From positions 70,338-134,337 of the forward strand of contig JAXSMZ010000002.1 of assembly GCA_037924335.1 (NCBI GenBank): a stretch of 64,000 nucleotides of DNA. The letters are read 5' to 3'. The notes beneath the pieces were generated by a model. That model saw only the letters and a program-made list of their open reading frames with translations. It was not told the origin of the DNA and ran no database searches. The translations under genes and the position numbers were made by a program. The DNA comes from Aquificaceae bacterium (lineage in GTDB: Bacteria; Aquificota; Aquificia; Aquificales; Aquificaceae). Position 1 is the first letter of the stretch; each line of letters begins with the position of its first letter. Below, piece after piece: positions 49,870 through 59,858 of the stretch.

Positions 49870-50735
49870 TACCCACCGATTACACTCCCTATCCTTACAG
49901 TTCCGATGTCTGTAATCTCCATATAATGCGTCCTTGTGTCATGCCCACACATCCTACAGCCATCTATCCTGAAGAATCTCACCATCTCACCTATTGGCTT
50001 TTTATACAGCCTTGACTGAGAAGCCGTCATCACCAGATCCTTGGAAAGAACTAAGGAGCAATCCACTATGTGACTGACGGCATAACCTCCTGCGGCCTCT
50101 GCCGTTAGCTCCTCATGCCCACTTCTCTTCTGCGACACAAATATGGCTGTCTGATACCACTTTTTCATAAAGTTAAAAAGCTGTCTTACCACAACCCTTG
50201 CCAGCATCTCCCTTGCTTCGTAAAGCCCAGTTACAGAATCTATGATCACATGCTTTACCCTGTAAGTTTTTATGGCATAGGCTAAGGTAGCCAAAAGGTC
50301 TGGTATGTTCTCCCTTAGCTTGGAATGGGTTGCCGCATCTATTAGGACTATCTTGTCCTGCACTTTATCGAAATCCACTTTCATAGCCTTTGCCCTTTGA
50401 CTCAAGCCAACCGTCATAAAAGGGGCTGGCGACTCAACAGTGACAAAAGCTACAACCTCCCCCCTGCTTGCCTGCATTACAGTATACTGCTCTGCTATCA
50501 AGGTCTTACCAGTATCAGAAACTCCCGTTATGTTTGTTACAGAGTAGGCTGGTATACCACCCAAAGGCACTCTTTCCACCTTACCATCCCTGAGCTCAGC
50601 ATTAAAGAAAAGCCCATCCAAACCCTCAACACCAGTAGGAATGCCATACATCTTTGGAGCTTTCTTTACAGCCTCCCCCGCTATCCATATGCTCTCCTCT
50701 ACAACCTCTGGCTTCTTCTCTCCCAACTCATCCAT
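49869..50735 (-). CDS. Single-domain KaiC-like (RecA-family) ATPase
   Basis: IPTGVEGLD, GVSDTGKT, IIDSVT, VSHIVD, DGCRMCGHDT. Confidence 0.9.
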   Translation of the reverse strand: MDELGEKKPEVVEESIWIAGEAVKKAPKMYGIPTGVEGLDGLFFNAELRDGKVERVPLGGIPAYSVTNITGVSDTGKTLIAEQYTVMQASRGEVVAFVTVESPAPFMTVGLSQRAKAMKVDFDKVQDKIVLIDAATHSKLRENIPDLLATLAYAIKTYRVKHVIIDSVTGLYEAREMLARVVVRQLFNFMKKWYQTAIFVSQKRSGHEELTAEAAGGYAVSHIVDCSLVLSKDLVMTASQSRLYKKPIGEMVRFFRIDGCRMCGHDTRTHYMEITDIGTVRIGSVIGG

Positions 50736-50816
50736 AGTTAAATAGTATAAAAGACTCAACCCTTTGAAAAATTAGAACCTTGAACTTTTAATGCAAGCTA
50801 AGTAAATTAATTATCT

Positions 50817-52136
50817 ATGAAGTACTACATAAGGACCTTTGGATGCCAGATGAACTTTAACGACACAGAGAGGATAAAGGGTTTGCTCAAGAGCGTGGGT
50901 TATCAGCAAGCAAACAGCTGGGAAGAGGCAGACCTTATACTCATAAACACATGCACCATAAGGGAAAAACCAGACCATAAAGTTTTCTCCCATCTGGGGG
51001 AGTACAGGAAGATAAAGGATAAAAACCCAAAGGCTTTGATAGGTGTGTGCGGTTGCTTGGCTCAGAGGATGGGACATGACCTTGTACAGAAAGCCCCAAT
51101 GGTAGACCTTATGTTTTCAAGCTTTAACATACATCAGCTTCCTGACCTTGTAAGGCAAGCACAGGAGGGATACAAAGCCATAGCCATCTTAGAAAATCCA
51201 CCTTCCGATGAAGAAAAGATGTGGGAGTATCCAACTGTTAGGGATAACGAATACTGCGCTTATGTGACGGTTATGAAAGGATGCGACAAGAGTTGCACTT
51301 ACTGTGTTGTGCCAAAGACAAGAGGAAGGCAAAGGTCAAGAAGCATAGAGAGCATTCTAAGAGAAGTGAAGGAGCTTATAGCCGATGGTGTCAAGGAAGT
51401 TCATATTTTGGGACAGAATGTCACGGCTTGGGGAGAGGATAAAGGCAGTTATTTCTCTGAGCTTCTTTACAGGATAGCCGAGGTGGATGGAGTTGAAAGG
51501 ATAAGGTTCACGACAGGGCATCCAAAAGACTTGGATGAGAGGATAGTAAAAGCTATGGCTGATATACCCCAAGTTTGTGAGCATATACACCTTCCAATTC
51601 AAGCTGGTTCTGATAGGATCCTGAAGCTTATGGATAGAGGGTACACAAAAGAAGAGTACTTAGAAAAGGTCCAAATGTTAAGAGAGTACGTTAAGGGTAT
51701 AACCTTTTCAACGGACATAATAGTAGGCTTTCCATCGGAAGAGGATGAGGACTTTGAAGAAACACTTGATGTTCTCAAAAGGGTAAGATTTGAACAGGTA
51801 TTTTCCTTCAAGTTCTCTCCAAGACCAGATACGCAAGCTTACACTATGAAGGGTCAAGTTTCCGAAGAGATAAAGACAAGAAGAATGGCAAAACTGCTTG
51901 AAGTTCAGAAGTCCATACTGGATAAGATGGCAAAGTCTTATGAGGGTACAGTTCAGGAGGTACTTATTGAAAGCTGTGAAGATGGAAATAAATTAATAGG
52001 AAGGACGAGGACAAACAGGTGGGTCAGTATGAAAGGTAGACCAGAATTACTTGGTAAAGTTGTGAAAGTTAAGGTCCTGAGGTCTAAGCCTTACAGTATG
52101 GAAGGTGAGGTCCTCAGTCAGGAGGTAAAAAGATGA
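50817..52136 (+). CDS. miaB: tRNA methylthiotransferase MiaB
   Basis: TFGCQMN, NTCTIRE, GCDKSCTYC, TRAM domain. Confidence 0.96.
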   Translation: MKYYIRTFGCQMNFNDTERIKGLLKSVGYQQANSWEEADLILINTCTIREKPDHKVFSHLGEYRKIKDKNPKALIGVCGCLAQRMGHDLVQKAPMVDLMFSSFNIHQLPDLVRQAQEGYKAIAILENPPSDEEKMWEYPTVRDNEYCAYVTVMKGCDKSCTYCVVPKTRGRQRSRSIESILREVKELIADGVKEVHILGQNVTAWGEDKGSYFSELLYRIAEVDGVERIRFTTGHPKDLDERIVKAMADIPQVCEHIHLPIQAGSDRILKLMDRGYTKEEYLEKVQMLREYVKGITFSTDIIVGFPSEEDEDFEETLDVLKRVRFEQVFSFKFSPRPDTQAYTMKGQVSEEIKTRRMAKLLEVQKSILDKMAKSYEGTVQEVLIESCEDGNKLIGRTRTNRWVSMKGRPELLGKVVKVKVLRSKPYSMEGEVLSQEVKR

Positions 52137-52615
52137 TAGAGATGGTTGTTCATGGAGTAACTTTGGACCCAGTTTCTCAGATGCCCATAGTGGTACTAAA
52201 GGCAAAGGAGAATGAAGAGATAATTCTTCCCATCTGGATAGGTATATTTGAAGCGGACAGTATAGTGAGAGAGATTCAGAATATTGAACCACCAAGACCT
52301 ATGACCTATGAACTGATGAAGGACATAATACAGCAGATGAACGGGTCAGTTGATAAGATAGTAATAAACGACCTAAAGGATAGCACTTACTATGCAGAGA
52401 TATACCTCAATGTAGGAGCCAACACTCTTGTAATAGACTCAAGGCCGAGCGATGCTATAAACTTAGCCCTCAGGTTTGAATGTCCCATATACGTTGACCC
52501 AGGAGTGCTTGAAAAGTCAAAAGTACCAAAACCGGAGGAAGAGGAAGAGAAAGAGCAAATTAAAGAATGGTTAGAGAACATAAAACCGGAAGACTTTGAA
52601 AAGGGACTAAGCTAA
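52133..52615 (+). CDS. Bifunctional nuclease family protein (DUF151)
   Basis: LPIWIG, PRPMTYEL, DSRPSDAI. Confidence 0.92.
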   Translation: MIEMVVHGVTLDPVSQMPIVVLKAKENEEIILPIWIGIFEADSIVREIQNIEPPRPMTYELMKDIIQQMNGSVDKIVINDLKDSTYYAEIYLNVGANTLVIDSRPSDAINLALRFECPIYVDPGVLEKSKVPKPEEEEEKEQIKEWLENIKPEDFEKGLS

Positions 52616-52623
52616 AGGTATGC

Positions 52624-53274
52624 TCAAAACACTGCTGACCCAATAATAAGGCCATAAAGAAAAATTATAATGGGAAGCATAACTCTACCAAGTATTCCAG
52701 TGAACAAAAGCAAGGTTATTATAAGAAATCCATAAGTCTCAAACCTGTAGAATGTCTCCCAGTACTTTAAGGAGAAGAAGCTCATAAGAGCCCTTGAACC
52801 ATCCAAGGGCGGTATGGGTATGGCGTTAAAAACTGCCAGAACTATGTTTATAAGCACAGACTTAGCAGAAAATATTGCCAAAGGCACAAACACACTTTTC
52901 CCAAGAAAATCCAAGTAACCTATGTCTATAAGTCTGTACATGAAACCAAAGAGAAAAGCAAGGGAAAGGTTCATTGTAATGCCCGCTATTGATACGAGAA
53001 AGGTACCAAGCTTGAGGTCTCTAAACCTTAAAGGGTTTATGGGTACTGGCTTTGCCCATCCAAAGAGTATAGGAGAACCAAGGAGTATGAACATGGCTGG
53101 TAGTATAAGCGTACCAAAAGGGTCTATATGAGGTAATGGGTTCAGTGTGAGCCTTCCAGACTCCTTTGCTGTTGGGTCTCCCATCCTGTAGGCCATCCAT
53201 CCATGAGCATACTCGTGCAGTATAACCGCCATCATTATTGCAGGTACTGTTATTATCGCTTCTCTTATATCCAT
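52624..53274 (-). CDS. Site-2 protease (M50)
   Basis: HEYAH, GRLTLNP, FNAIPIPPLDG. Confidence 0.94.
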   Translation of the reverse strand: MDIREAIITVPAIMMAVILHEYAHGWMAYRMGDPTAKESGRLTLNPLPHIDPFGTLILPAMFILLGSPILFGWAKPVPINPLRFRDLKLGTFLVSIAGITMNLSLAFLFGFMYRLIDIGYLDFLGKSVFVPLAIFSAKSVLINIVLAVFNAIPIPPLDGSRALMSFFSLKYWETFYRFETYGFLIITLLLFTGILGRVMLPIIIFLYGLIIGSAVF

Positions 53275-53324
53275 GTGAACTATTATAGAACAGGTGGTTA
53301 AAAAGCTTATGGTATAATCTTCTC

Positions 53325-54074
53325 ATGCTCTCCATAGACCTAAAGGGAAAGGTGGCTCTAATTACCGGTTCTACAAGAGGAATAGGAAGAAGTATAGCAG
53401 AACATATGGCTATGGCTGGTGCGGACGTAGTTATAACCGGTAGAGATGGGATAAAGGCTCAAGAAGTAGCAGAGCACCTTTCTGAGAGGTACTCTGTAAA
53501 GGCAATGGGGATAGAGCTGAGGTTGGATGAGCCTGATTCTATAAGGTCTGGTTATGAAAAGATAGAAAAGCAAATGGGGAAGGTTGATATACTTGTAAAC
53601 AACGCAGGGATCACAAAAGACAGACTGTTTTTGAGGATGTCTTTGGAAGATTGGGAAGAGGTCCTGAGGGTTAATCTCACGGGGACTTTTCTAACAACTT
53701 CGTTGGCTGTAAAAGGGATGCTAAAAAACAGGTGGGGAAGGATAATTAACGTATCCTCAGTAGTTGGGTTTATTGGAAATGTGGGACAGGTGAACTACTC
53801 CTCTACAAAATCAGCCCTTATTGGCTTTACCAAGAGCCTTGCCAAAGAACTTGCCTCAAGGAATATAACGGTTAACGCAGTGGCTCCAGGTTTTATAGAG
53901 ACGGATATGACTGCCGTACTGTCCGAAGACGTGAAGCGGGAGTATTTAAAGAGTATACCCATAGGTAGGTTTGGAAAGCCTGATGATGTTGCGGGTGTTG
54001 TGCTTTTTCTATGTACAGGCTTTGCAGATTACATAACTGGAGAGGTTATCCATGTAAACGGGGGCATGTATTAA
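53325..54074 (+). CDS. fabG: 3-oxoacyl-ACP reductase
   Basis: TGSTRGIG, NNAGITKD, YSSTK, VAPGFIETDMT. Confidence 0.95.
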   Translation: MLSIDLKGKVALITGSTRGIGRSIAEHMAMAGADVVITGRDGIKAQEVAEHLSERYSVKAMGIELRLDEPDSIRSGYEKIEKQMGKVDILVNNAGITKDRLFLRMSLEDWEEVLRVNLTGTFLTTSLAVKGMLKNRWGRIINVSSVVGFIGNVGQVNYSSTKSALIGFTKSLAKELASRNITVNAVAPGFIETDMTAVLSEDVKREYLKSIPIGRFGKPDDVAGVVLFLCTGFADYITGEVIHVNGGMY

Positions 54075-54083
54075 CTTTATTCT

Positions 54084-54578
54084 ATGCCCATATGCTATGT
54101 ATCCTTTGGAAGCAATTGGGAAGACAGAATAGGAAACATACTAAAAGCCATAAGCCTGTTGAAAAAAATTGGAAAAATAAAGAGCATATCTACTGTTTAC
54201 GAAAGCGAGCCATGGGGTGTAGAGAGCCAACCATCCTTTTTGAACGGTGTTTTAAAGCTTGAAACCCATCTGAACCCCATAAGCCTTCTAAGAGCTTTAA
54301 AAAACATTGAGGAGCAGGTAGGAAGAGTAAAAAGGTACAGATGGGGACCAAGGGAGATAGACTTAGACATAGTTCTCTATGAAAACTACGTAATAATGCT
54401 TAGTTTTTTAAAGGTACCGCATCCACACATGCTGGAAAGGGACTTTGTCCTTTTCCCACTCGTTGAGATAGATAGGGACATTGCATACCCCATAACTAAA
54501 GAAAGAATAAAATCCTATGCAGAGAGGTTAGAGAACAGGTTAAAGCCTTACTGCTGTATACTTCTTGATAAGGCTTGA
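54084..54578 (+). CDS. folK: 6-hydroxymethyl-7,8-dihydropterin pyrophosphokinase
   Basis: FGSN, FLNGV, WGPREIDLDI, PHP...ERDFVL. Confidence 0.95.
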   Translation: MPICYVSFGSNWEDRIGNILKAISLLKKIGKIKSISTVYESEPWGVESQPSFLNGVLKLETHLNPISLLRALKNIEEQVGRVKRYRWGPREIDLDIVLYENYVIMLSFLKVPHPHMLERDFVLFPLVEIDRDIAYPITKERIKSYAERLENRLKPYCCILLDKA

Positions 54579-54579
54579 C

Positions 54580-55800
54580 TCACTTTTTACCTTTTACGTA
54601 CTGTTCCCAGTTCTCTGGTGTAAAGGGCGATATCTCCCTGAGAAGCTTTATGACCTTTGGAAACTCTTCTATAACATAATCCACGTCCTCTTCTATGTTT
54701 TCCCTTCCAAAGCTAAAGACAAGAGAGCCATTGGCAACCTCTTTTGGAACACCTATAGCAAAAAGGACATGGGATTGTTTTAGTGCCAGAGACACACAGG
54801 CAGAACCGGAAGCAGTCTCTATGCCCATCAGGTCAAGTCTCAGAAGCATTGCCTCTCCCTCTATGAGCTGTATAATAAGGGAAAGATGATGGGGAAGCCT
54901 CTGTGTAGGATGTCCTGTGAATTCTATGTAGTTTACCTTCTCCTCAATAGCCTTTCTTAGTTTATCCCTGTAATTGGAAAGTCTTGTCATTCTGTCCTGA
55001 AGTTCCTTCATAGTCAGTTCTGCTGCTGCTCCAAAACCTACAATACCTGGTACGTTCTCCGTCCCAGCCCTTATTCCCCTTTCTTGAGTCCCCCCTTCTA
55101 TTAGAGGTCTTACCTTTATTCCCTTCTTAGTCCAAAGAGCTCCAACACCTTTTGGTCCATACATAAGATGAGCTGTAAAAGATGCGGCATCTACTCCCCA
55201 GTCTTTGACGTCTACGGGATAGTGTCCAAGGGTAGGAGCGGCGTCCGTATGGAATATAACCTTTGGGTTCTTTGCTTTTGCAGCCTGAACTAAACTCTTT
55301 ATATCCTGGACTGTTCCTATTTCTCTGTTAGAGTGTCCTATGCTAACGAGCACTGTATCCTCTCTTATAGCCTCGGAGACCTGCTCTGGATGTATGAGCC
55401 CATACTTATCAGGCTTGATATAGCTAACTTCCCATCCTTCCCTTTCTAAGCTTTTGAGAGGATGAAGCACTGAGTGATGCTCTATTTCCGTTGAAACTAT
55501 ATGTCTTCCTCTCTTCTCATAAGCCTTTGTTATCCCCTTTATTGCCAAGTTGTTTGCCTCTATTCCGCCGGATGTAAAAAGGACCTCCTCTGGGGAGTTT
55601 GCGTTTACAAGATGAGCTATCTTCTCCCTTGCTGAGTTTATGGCCTTTTTTGCAGTTTGACCAAAGCTATGAAGGGATGTTGGGTTTCCAAAGTTCTCCC
55701 TAAAGTAAGGGAGCATAGCCTCAAGAACCTCCTCAGCCAAAGGTGTTGTTGCTATATGGTCAAGGTACACAACCCTTTTTCCAGTTTTCTTTATAAACAT
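54580..55800 (-). CDS. iscS: Cysteine desulfurase (NifS/IscS type)
   Basis: YLDHIATTP, FGNPTSLH, RAGTENV, SGSAC; the PLP lysine motif reads TAHLMYGPKG. Confidence 0.85.
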   Translation of the reverse strand: MFIKKTGKRVVYLDHIATTPLAEEVLEAMLPYFRENFGNPTSLHSFGQTAKKAINSAREKIAHLVNANSPEEVLFTSGGIEANNLAIKGITKAYEKRGRHIVSTEIEHHSVLHPLKSLEREGWEVSYIKPDKYGLIHPEQVSEAIREDTVLVSIGHSNREIGTVQDIKSLVQAAKAKNPKVIFHTDAAPTLGHYPVDVKDWGVDAASFTAHLMYGPKGVGALWTKKGIKVRPLIEGGTQERGIRAGTENVPGIVGFGAAAELTMKELQDRMTRLSNYRDKLRKAIEEKVNYIEFTGHPTQRLPHHLSLIIQLIEGEAMLLRLDLMGIETASGSACVSLALKQSHVLFAIGVPKEVANGSLVFSFGRENIEEDVDYVIEEFPKVIKLLREISPFTPENWEQYVKGKK

Positions 55801-55802
55801 GT

Positions 55803-56825
55803 TTACCTCCTTAAAAGTTTATCGCTTATAAGCTTTGCAATGCTTAGGAAGGCCTTTGATACTTCCGAATGGGGTTCGCTTTTGACGATCGGAAAACCCA
55901 TATCAGACCTTTCTGCCACTTGGGGGTCTATGGGTATGGAACCCAAAACCTGCAAACCGTAAGATGCTGCAAACTCAAGCACTTTCCCTTTGCCAAATAT
56001 GTAGTATTTTTTTTCGCTTTCTGGACATACAAAGTAGGCCATATTCTCTATGATACCAAGGATCGGGATGTCAACCTCCCTAAACATAGCAGTGGCCTTC
56101 CTAACATCGGCAAGGGCAACATCCTGAGGTGTTGTAACAACAACAGCACCGGATATTTCCACATTCTGAGCAAGCGTTAGCTGAACATCACCAGTACCGG
56201 GTGGAAGGTCTAGGAGAAGAATATCCAGCTCACCCCACTTTACATCAAAGAGAAACTGGGTAAGAGCCTTCATAAGCATGGGGCCCCTCCATATGATGGG
56301 AGTGTCCTCCGATGGAAGCAAAAAGCCTATGGAGAGCACCTTTATTCCGTACTTCTCAAGGGGGATTATTCTGTTATTCTCGTCCACGCTTACCCTCTCA
56401 CCCCTTAGGCCCAACAGAGTGGGGATGCTCGGACCGTATATATCAGCATCTAAAAGCCCTACTTTATAGCCCATACTAGAAAGGGCTAAAGCGAGGTTTG
56501 CAGAGACAGTTGATTTACCAACACCTCCTTTACCGCTACCTACTGCTATAAGGTGTTTGACCGATGGGACACGCCTTCTCGTAAAAGCTGCTTGCGAAGC
56601 AGGAGGCTCTTCCACAAACCTTACGTTTACACTCTTTACATCTGGAACAGACTCAAGAGACCTGTAAGTTCTCTGCCTTATCTCATCTTCCAAACCTCTC
56701 TTTGGAAGCCTGTAAACTAGCTCAAGGGTAGACCCGATAAGCTTTACATCCTTTACAAGCTCCGAAAGCCTTTTGCCGTCTACAAGCTCCTCCTTGAGTG
56801 CATCCATAATGTCCTTTACAGCCAT
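55803..56825 (-). CDS. mrp: Mrp/ApbC/NBP35 Fe-S carrier ATPase
   Basis: GKGGVGKST, DADIYGPS, WRGPM, DLPPGTGD, ENM. Confidence 0.94.
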   Translation of the reverse strand: MAVKDIMDALKEELVDGKRLSELVKDVKLIGSTLELVYRLPKRGLEDEIRQRTYRSLESVPDVKSVNVRFVEEPPASQAAFTRRRVPSVKHLIAVGSGKGGVGKSTVSANLALALSSMGYKVGLLDADIYGPSIPTLLGLRGERVSVDENNRIIPLEKYGIKVLSIGFLLPSEDTPIIWRGPMLMKALTQFLFDVKWGELDILLLDLPPGTGDVQLTLAQNVEISGAVVVTTPQDVALADVRKATAMFREVDIPILGIIENMAYFVCPESEKKYYIFGKGKVLEFAASYGLQVLGSIPIDPQVAERSDMGFPIVKSEPHSEVSKAFLSIAKLISDKLLRR

Positions 56826-56907
56826 TAAATCCTCCTTTATTTTTGTAATATAATTTATTTTGCAGCATGTGTTTATGAGGATGGTCAAATAACGTAGAGG
56901 AGAGGCT

Positions 56908-57771
56908 ATGAATTACTTGCCCCAGGTTATTAAATATTTGAGTAGCACACAGGATATAGCAGAGATATATATGGTGCCTAAGGCTCCACCCGTAGATAGG
57001 AAAGATGAAAAGCTTGTAAAGGTCATGGATGTTATCCTAAATCCGGAAGATATAAGAGATACCCTTTTGGCTTTGAGAAGCTACGTATCATCCAGCCCAG
57101 GTCCTCTTGGCAACGAGGGAGTCTTTTCCTTTGGAATAAGCAACGTAGGAAGGTTTAAGGTCAGCTATACAGCTCAAAGAGGTAGCTATGCTGTGAATAT
57201 AGTAAGAACACCTTACAGTATACCAATGTTAGAAGATCTATGCGAGGATAACAGGCAGGTGAATAAACTGGACGAGATGGTAAGATTGCATAGGTCTGGC
57301 ATGATCTTAGTTTTAGGTAAAAACCCACCAAGAGTTAGTACTTTTGTATACTCCTTGCTTCAGCACGTATCCAAACATTATACAAAGGTCATATTAACTC
57401 TCGAAAAGCCCATATCCTTTTTGCTAAAGCATGATAGGTCTTTAGTCATACAGATAGAGGCGGGGACAGACACACCCACCTTTGAAGACGGACTCAGGAG
57501 CATATTTTATATGAACCCTGACGTTGTGTACATAGATTACAGAGGCATTGCTCTTGATAGGAAGATTTTACAAGGGCTTTATCATATCGTACAACTGGAC
57601 ACGTTGGTATTTTTCTATCCCTCCTTTATGAACGAGGATACAGTTATGGAAAATCTTAAACAGCACAAGGAACTTATAAAGGCCATTGTGAGAGTCGAAG
57701 GGTCAAAGACAGGGGGAAAGTTAAACATCAGGATCACAGACACAGAACTTCAGGCTTCGGAAAACCATTAA
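56908..57771 (+). CDS. Degenerate PilT-like protein
   Basis: PilT-like FSFGISNVGRFKV..QRG, ILTLEKPISF, VIQIEAGTDTPTFEDGLRS..PDV; Walker A/B lost. Confidence 0.75.
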   Translation: MNYLPQVIKYLSSTQDIAEIYMVPKAPPVDRKDEKLVKVMDVILNPEDIRDTLLALRSYVSSSPGPLGNEGVFSFGISNVGRFKVSYTAQRGSYAVNIVRTPYSIPMLEDLCEDNRQVNKLDEMVRLHRSGMILVLGKNPPRVSTFVYSLLQHVSKHYTKVILTLEKPISFLLKHDRSLVIQIEAGTDTPTFEDGLRSIFYMNPDVVYIDYRGIALDRKILQGLYHIVQLDTLVFFYPSFMNEDTVMENLKQHKELIKAIVRVEGSKTGGKLNIRITDTELQASENH

Positions 57772-58906
57772 AGTTGGCCGCATAGACGGTAGTATAGGCT
57801 CCAGATGAGAGTATATAAACATAGTCTCCTACTTCTGGTTCTGGAAGGGCTACACCTTTGGCTATAACATCCATGCTGTCGCAGGAGATACCACCTATGG
57901 TCCAATCCTTTAGCTCCCCTTCCCTTTCTACGTAGATGGGATACCTTATTCCACCCAAAGCTTCTGCAAGACCGTTAAAAACTCCTGTGTCTATGTATAT
58001 CCAATCCTCGTTGTCTCTTTTAGCTTTTCCTATAACCCTTGCTATCATCAATCCCTGGTCTCCCACCATACCCCTTCCCGGTTCTATCTGTAGCTCGTGT
58101 GGGTTGTTTGGGAAAAATTTCTGTAAAAGCCCCTTTATGTAGTAAGCTATATCCTCTATACGAAGAGCTTCGTACATGTACTTTATGGGAATCCCACCTC
58201 CCATGTTTAGCATCTGCAGTCTAAACCCCCTCTTTGCAGCCATTGTCCAAAGTTCAGCAGATTTTTTAATAGCTATTAGCCAGTTCCTGTAGTTGTTGCA
58301 CTGAGAACCCACATGGAAGGTAATACCGTAAGGTATGAGCCCTTTCTCTCGAACAAACTCAAGAATCTCCAAAGCTGTGTCCGCATTCACTCCAAACTTT
58401 CTGGAAAGTGGCCAGTCGCTTCCCTCGTTGGGAACGGAGATCCTCACATAAACCCTCGCTCTTTTGGCCACTTTTGCTATCTTTTCCACCTCTGCAAAGG
58501 AGTCCACGCAGAACCTATCAGCTCCAACAGAGTAAGCATGCTCTATAAAGTTAATGGGTTTTACTGGATTGCTGGATATTATCCTCTCTGGCTTTATTCC
58601 TAAACTCAGAACTTTCTGAAGCTCATCTGAGGAAGCCACCTCAAAGCCTGAACTCAACTCAGAGAGCGCCCTAAGTATGTTTATATCGTCATTTGCCTTT
58701 ACAGCATAGTAGACCTTAAACTGGGGCATATGGTACTTAAGCTGTGAATACTTCCTTTGAACACCCTTTAGGTCTATGAGAAGGAGTGGCGTTCTCTGAG
58801 GCTTTAGGTGATGTATAAAATGCTCTCTTTCCGAGATGAACTCCTCAAAGTACCTTTTAGCAAAACCAAACTGAAGGTCTCTGTAGTCCAAGGTTTCTTT
58901 AACCAT
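57734..58906 (-). CDS. Fold-type III PLP decarboxylase (ornithine/lysine decarboxylase-like)
   Basis: YYAVKAN, FEVAS, KFG, FHVGSQ, EPGR, CDSMD, GAYT...FNGF. Confidence 0.92.
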   Translation of the reverse strand: MVKETLDYRDLQFGFAKRYFEEFISEREHFIHHLKPQRTPLLLIDLKGVQRKYSQLKYHMPQFKVYYAVKANDDINILRALSELSSGFEVASSDELQKVLSLGIKPERIISSNPVKPINFIEHAYSVGADRFCVDSFAEVEKIAKVAKRARVYVRISVPNEGSDWPLSRKFGVNADTALEILEFVREKGLIPYGITFHVGSQCNNYRNWLIAIKKSAELWTMAAKRGFRLQMLNMGGGIPIKYMYEALRIEDIAYYIKGLLQKFFPNNPHELQIEPGRGMVGDQGLMIARVIGKAKRDNEDWIYIDTGVFNGLAEALGGIRYPIYVEREGELKDWTIGGISCDSMDVIAKGVALPEPEVGDYVYILSSGAYTTVYAANFNGFPKPEVLCL

Positions 58907-58981
58907 AATAGATGGTATATTAATGCAGGTTTATGATATTGCAAGAGTTTTGTTCTATGGGGGCGTGGAAGCCCCTCTTCT

Positions 58982-59449
58982 TTATTTGAGTATGTTTATT
59001 ACATTCCTCCCCGTCTTGCTGGCTAGTTCAGCCATGCCACCTTTTAGCATGAAGGCATTGTCAAACCCTATCATTCTCAGAGCCATCGTGACAGGCGCTG
59101 CTCTTGTACCCGTATGACACACTACTACTATCTTCTTATCCTTTGGAAGCTTTCTGAGATTCTCTTCTTTAAACAGTTCATGCATTGGTATTCTTAGAGC
59201 GTTTTTATAAGTTATTCCAACAACTCCCATCTCCTGAGGCGTCCTTATGTCCAAAATAACAACTTCATCCTTACTCATAAGCTCATGGAGCTGTCTAGAA
59301 TCAATCTCACACGGCTTTTTTGCAACTACTTCAGGCGTTAACTGCGAAAACATACCGTCAAACTTCTTGGCAAGGTCGGCATCAAAGCTGTAAGCCTTTC
59401 CTACAAATAAGAAGGTCAAAAAGGCAACGACCAATTTCGCTTTTCTCAT
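58982..59449 (-). CDS. Exported rhodanese-domain protein
   Basis: Signal peptide (AYS), LDIRTPQE, VVCHTGTRA, LKGG. Confidence 0.9.
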   Translation of the reverse strand: MRKAKLVVAFLTFLFVGKAYSFDADLAKKFDGMFSQLTPEVVAKKPCEIDSRQLHELMSKDEVVILDIRTPQEMGVVGITYKNALRIPMHELFKEENLRKLPKDKKIVVVCHTGTRAAPVTMALRMIGFDNAFMLKGGMAELASKTGRNVINILK

Positions 59450-59574
59450 AGCATAACCCCCTTTAAGTTTTAATGGTTATATCTTAATATAAGAATTCAA
59501 TTATGTCAAGCAAAAGCAAGGGTGCACTTAACCTCTTGCAATTTTCTCCAGCTGAGAAAGTTTATCCGTTTTAC

Positions 59575-59792
59575 GAAACCTCCACAAGAAGGCTCTCCTT
59601 TTCAAAGGAGAGATGAATTGTGGAAATATGATTAAAATCATACAACAAAAACAAAGAAAAAATTATTATAATAATAATAATAATAATAATATCCTCTGGT
59701 ATGCGGGATATAGCATACCCTACCGTTGGACTGACGGGAAGTTAAGCCCTGAGGAAGGGAAGCTCCTCATTTTAATGAGGAGAGGAAGTCAC
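59575..59792 (+). mobile_element. Non-autonomous IS200/IS605-type mini-element C (different subfamily)
   Basis: Follows TTTAC; left end TCCACAA-GAAGG-CTCTCCTT..AAGGAGAG-ATGAA-TTGTGGA; TACCGTTGGACTGACGGGAAGTTAAGCC; right hairpin CTCCTCAT-TTTA-ATGAGGAG, then GTCAC. Confidence 0.75.
59670..59690 (+). repeat. (AAT)7 microsatellite
   Basis: Read directly from the sequence. Confidence 0.95.
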
Positions 59793-59858
59793 CTACAACG
59801 ATGAGAATATCTCCTTCCTTAATTATTGTCTGCGATGATTGTATGAGCCATTTTTAAC

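Noticed and set aside
59613..59804. 63-aa ORF with poly-Asn
   Set aside because: By-product of the (AAT)7 tract inside element C
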